Virus record (IMG/VR): IMGVR_UViG_3300027986_000009
Direction: 5' to 3' (one strand)
DNA from: an uncultured virus (IMG/VR IMGVR_UViG_3300027986_000009)
Taxonomy: Duplodnaviria; Heunggongvirae; Uroviricota; Caudoviricetes
Length of the DNA stretch: 20,000 nt
The translations under genes and the position numbers were made by a program. Below the pieces are notes generated by a model that was not told the DNA's origin, did not search any database, and was given only the letters and a program-made list of their open reading frames with translations. Of this stretch, positions 18,111 through 20,000 are shown one piece after another. Every line of letters starts with the position of its first letter. Position 1 is the stretch's first letter.

Positions 18111-18349
18111 TTCAGCGCCCGCAGCGCTGCGCAGTAGGCTTGGATCGCTTTCTTGGCCTCCGTCTCAGTCAGACCGAGCGCTTCGTCGAGGACGTCGCCG
18201 AGCCCTTCCGCGTCGTCGAGCGCTTGGGCGAGCGCGTGAAGGTCGATAAGTGATTCGCGCATTACTCGGCGCGCAGACCTGAACTTGGATCTCTCTTGCT
18301 CGCTATCGTGAAGACTGCGACCGATAAGCCTGACTTTGGGGTGTTCCAT
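18107..18349 (-). CDS. Hypothetical protein (80 aa)
   Basis: Start reassigned to ATG 18349 after GAAAGGA SD; the upstream extension in the ORF track crosses the hairpin element. Confidence 0.65.
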   Translation of the reverse strand: MEHPKVRLIGRSLHDSEQERSKFRSARRVMRESLIDLHALAQALDDAEGLGDVLDEALGLTETEAKKAIQAYCAALRALK

Positions 18350-18477
18350 CTTGATCCTTTCGTCGAAGTGGCGCCCGTGAGGAGGTTTGCTCGACCGTAG
18401 CCGAGTAGTCGACATGCTCACGGGGGCCACTTCGACGCGGGAACCGAACGGACTGCGCTAACGATCCTCGGCTCCCG
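18347..18477 (-). promoter_or_regulatory. Structured 5'-UTR element, copy A (long hairpin abutting the RBS plus an adjacent upstream hairpin)
   Basis: Arms 18417-18437 and 18361-18381 pair at 20 of 21 positions; inner TCGAC/GTCGA stem; adjacent 10-bp stem 18468-18477/18438-18447 with one G-U on the minus strand; followed by AAAGG-ATC-AAG-ATG. Confidence 0.7.
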
Positions 18478-18548
18478 GTGGAAGGGACGTCTTTCCGCCC
18501 TGTCAGGCGGGCCGGCGCGAAAGGGGGTAAGCTACGGCCGCCGAAACT

Positions 18549-18716
18549 CTAGCTCTGCTCCTCTCTCGGAAAGTAACCGTTGGGTTTGACGTAGGGCGTT
18601 CGCTCCTCGTTCCAACGATGCCCGCATGCGCGGCAACGCTTGACGAGACGATCGAGCTTGACCGCGACAAGCTCGGGCGGACCGTGACACTCGGGACAGA
18701 GCTCGTCGGCGATCAC
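18549..18716 (-). CDS. Small zinc-ribbon protein (55 aa)
   Basis: GTG 18716 overlaps the upstream TGA; CPEC...CRACGHRW. Confidence 0.65.
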   Translation of the reverse strand: MIADELCPECHGPPELVAVKLDRLVKRCRACGHRWNEERTPYVKPNGYFPREEQS

Positions 18717-18919
18717 GTTCGCACCGTCTCGTAGCGAACGACGCGCCGCACAAGGCGCATCGGTTGGCCGCAGCACTCGAAAACGTACTCCGGTTCGTGA
18801 GACCACGAATAATCGCCGTGCGTTGCGCTGTAGTCGGAGCCGCATTCGTCGCAGTGAAGCAACGAGCCTTCTGGTGCCGTCTTGAGCTCGACGACCGTGA
18901 CGCGCTTTCGTTTGCTCAT
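18713..18919 (-). CDS. Small zinc-ribbon protein (68 aa)
   Basis: CDECG...CCGQPMRL; ATGA/GTGA coupling. Confidence 0.7.
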   Translation of the reverse strand: MSKRKRVTVVELKTAPEGSLLHCDECGSDYSATHGDYSWSHEPEYVFECCGQPMRLVRRVVRYETVRT

Positions 18920-19125
18920 GGCTTCCCCGTCAACTTGACGTAGTCCTCTAAGGACTTCGGCGCGAATACATCGAACATGCCCCGCTTCGCCCGCCTCTCG
19001 TCGGCCGCTCGGTTCTCCCGATCCAGCCTGGCGACAAGGCTCCTAGTGCTCTCGCGTTTCAGGCTTCTTTCGAGCTTGTCGTTGGCCTCTGCGAGGCGCG
19101 CGGTCACTTCATCCAAAGGCTTCAT
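18916..19125 (-). CDS. Hypothetical protein (69 aa)
   Basis: Start reassigned to ATG 19125 after GAAAGGG SD; helical and charged. Confidence 0.65.
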   Translation of the reverse strand: MKPLDEVTARLAEANDKLERSLKRESTRSLVARLDRENRAADERRAKRGMFDVFAPKSLEDYVKLTGKP

Positions 19126-19245
19126 CTTTTTTCCCTTTCGTCGCAATCGGCCCCCGAAAGCCGCTCGGGGCACTTGGGGGGAGAGCAGCCGAGCGCTTCT
19201 CTCGAGGGCCGATTGCGACGGCGCCCGTTGGACGGGGCGCTCGGC
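19123..19245 (-). promoter_or_regulatory. Structured 5'-UTR element, copy B
   Basis: Arms 19199-19220 and 19139-19160 form 22 bp (two G-U on the minus strand); inner CGCTCGG/CCGAGCG stem; adjacent hairpin 19221-19240; followed by AAAGG-GAAAA-AAG-ATG. Confidence 0.7.
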
Positions 19246-19252
19246 GCGTTAT

Positions 19253-20000
19253 TTATTCCTTCGCATCTTCAGCCGCGCACCTCCGGATGTCCTCGAGGGC
19301 GCGCTCGTTCGAGGCGAAGAAATACGGAGACCGCCCGGTCGACGCCCGGTAGATGGCGCGACCCGCGTACTCGGCGCCCCCGAGTTTCTCTTCGAGCTCG
19401 TAGCCTGCCTTCCCCGCAAGGTGGACAGCCCAGCCGGCTCGACAATGCGTGGTCTCGCAGGTGTGCCAGTTCGCCATATCGAGCACGCCCCCCCGGCCCT
19501 CGATGGCGGCCAGGATCTGGGCGTCCAGGCGCTCGACCACCGGCACCTCGGGGTGGTGTTGCCGGTACAGCGCCGCGTGCTCCTGGCGCGCTCGCCTCTT
19601 GCGCACGTACGGGGTCTCGGGATCGAGGTGGTCGGCGAGCGACGCGGGAGCGTTCCGCGCGTCGCGGAGGTACGCGCCGCCGAGGTTCGCGCCGCCGAGG
19701 TACGCGTCGCCGAGGTTCGCGCCGCCGAGGTTCACGCCGCCGAGGTTCGCGCCGCCGAGGTCCGCGCCGCCGAGGTCCGCGCCGCGAAGGTCCGCGCCGA
19801 GGAGGTACGCGCCGCCGAGGTACGCGTCGCCGAGGTTCGCGCCGCGAAGGTCCGCGCCGAGGAGGTACGCGCCGCCGAGGTTCGCGCCGCCGAGGTTCGC
19901 GCCGCCGAGGTCCGCGCCGCCGAGGTCCGCGCCGCGAAGGTCCGCGCCGAGGAGGTACGCGCCGCCGAGGTACGCGTCGCCGAGGGTCGCGCCGAGGAGG
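19253..20000 (-). CDS. Pentapeptide-repeat protein with a C-terminal [13 protein letters not shown] domain (5' end beyond the window)
   Basis: Frame open from the right edge: A[DNY]L[GRL][GD] repeats; the GTG 19735 start in the ORF track is internal to the repeat. Confidence 0.88.
   Translation of the reverse strand, partial: LLGATLGDAYLGGAYLLGADLRGADLGGADLGGANLGGANLGGAYLLGADLRGANLGDAYLGGAYLLGADLRGADLGGADLGGANLGGVNLGGANLGDAYLGGANLGGAYLRDARNAPASLADHLDPETPYVRKRRARQEHAALYRQHHPEVPVVERLDAQILAAIEGRGGVLDMANWHTCETTHCRAGWAVHLAGKAGYELEEKLGGAEYAGRAIYRASTGRSPYFFASNERALEDIRRCAAEDAKE
19661..20000 (-). repeat. 15-bp tandem repeat (about 22 units visible) encoding pentapeptide repeats
   Basis: Consensus GCG NAC CTC GGC GGC with almost invariant synonymous sites and multi-unit higher-order duplications. 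Confidence 0.92.

Noticed and set aside
18478..18548. Hammerhead ribozyme, tRNA or intrinsic terminator
   Set aside because: CTGACAG...GAAA does not fit the CUGANGA core and stems; no cloverleaf; the CCGCC/GGCGG hairpin (18495-18510) lacks a U-tract.
19661..20000. CRISPR array or DGR variable region
   Set aside because: Units are contiguous 15-mers with no spacers and encode in-frame pentapeptides; N/D/Y variation is normal for the family; no cas gene, reverse transcriptase or template/variable repeat pair was seen.

Overview
GC-rich (about 60-65% by eye), gene-dense virus or provirus segment. All credible genes are on the minus strand and most are translationally coupled (ATGA/GTGA overlaps or 0-10 bp gaps). 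In transcription order (right to left): (i) a pentapeptide-repeat gene running off the right edge and small Zn-finger/hypothetical genes, two of them preceded by a shared, apparently covarying long-hairpin element abutting the RBS; (ii) a two-domain glycosyltransferase-like gene, phage-type hypotheticals, two Cys-rich lipoproteins of a myxobacterial (Polyangia-like) style and a tail-anchored membrane protein; (iii) a ~6.5 kb glycan-synthesis/methylation cassette of three fusion genes (MTase-HtrL; GT2-MTase; MTase-HtrL-GT2-TPR-beta-propeller); (iv) a virion-appendage module with a Thr-rich BclA-like collagen fibre, beta-rich proteins, a LamG lectin and a fibre-domain-SGNH esterase-IPT protein that runs off the left edge and is missing from the ORF track. 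No terminase, portal, capsid, integrase, tRNA, rRNA or CRISPR was seen, so virus type and host are inferences. Domain calls come from motif recognition by eye, not database searches. Best novelty candidates: a virus-encoded virion glycosylation/O-methylation system next to its likely substrate, and the duplicated structured 5'-UTR RNA motif.
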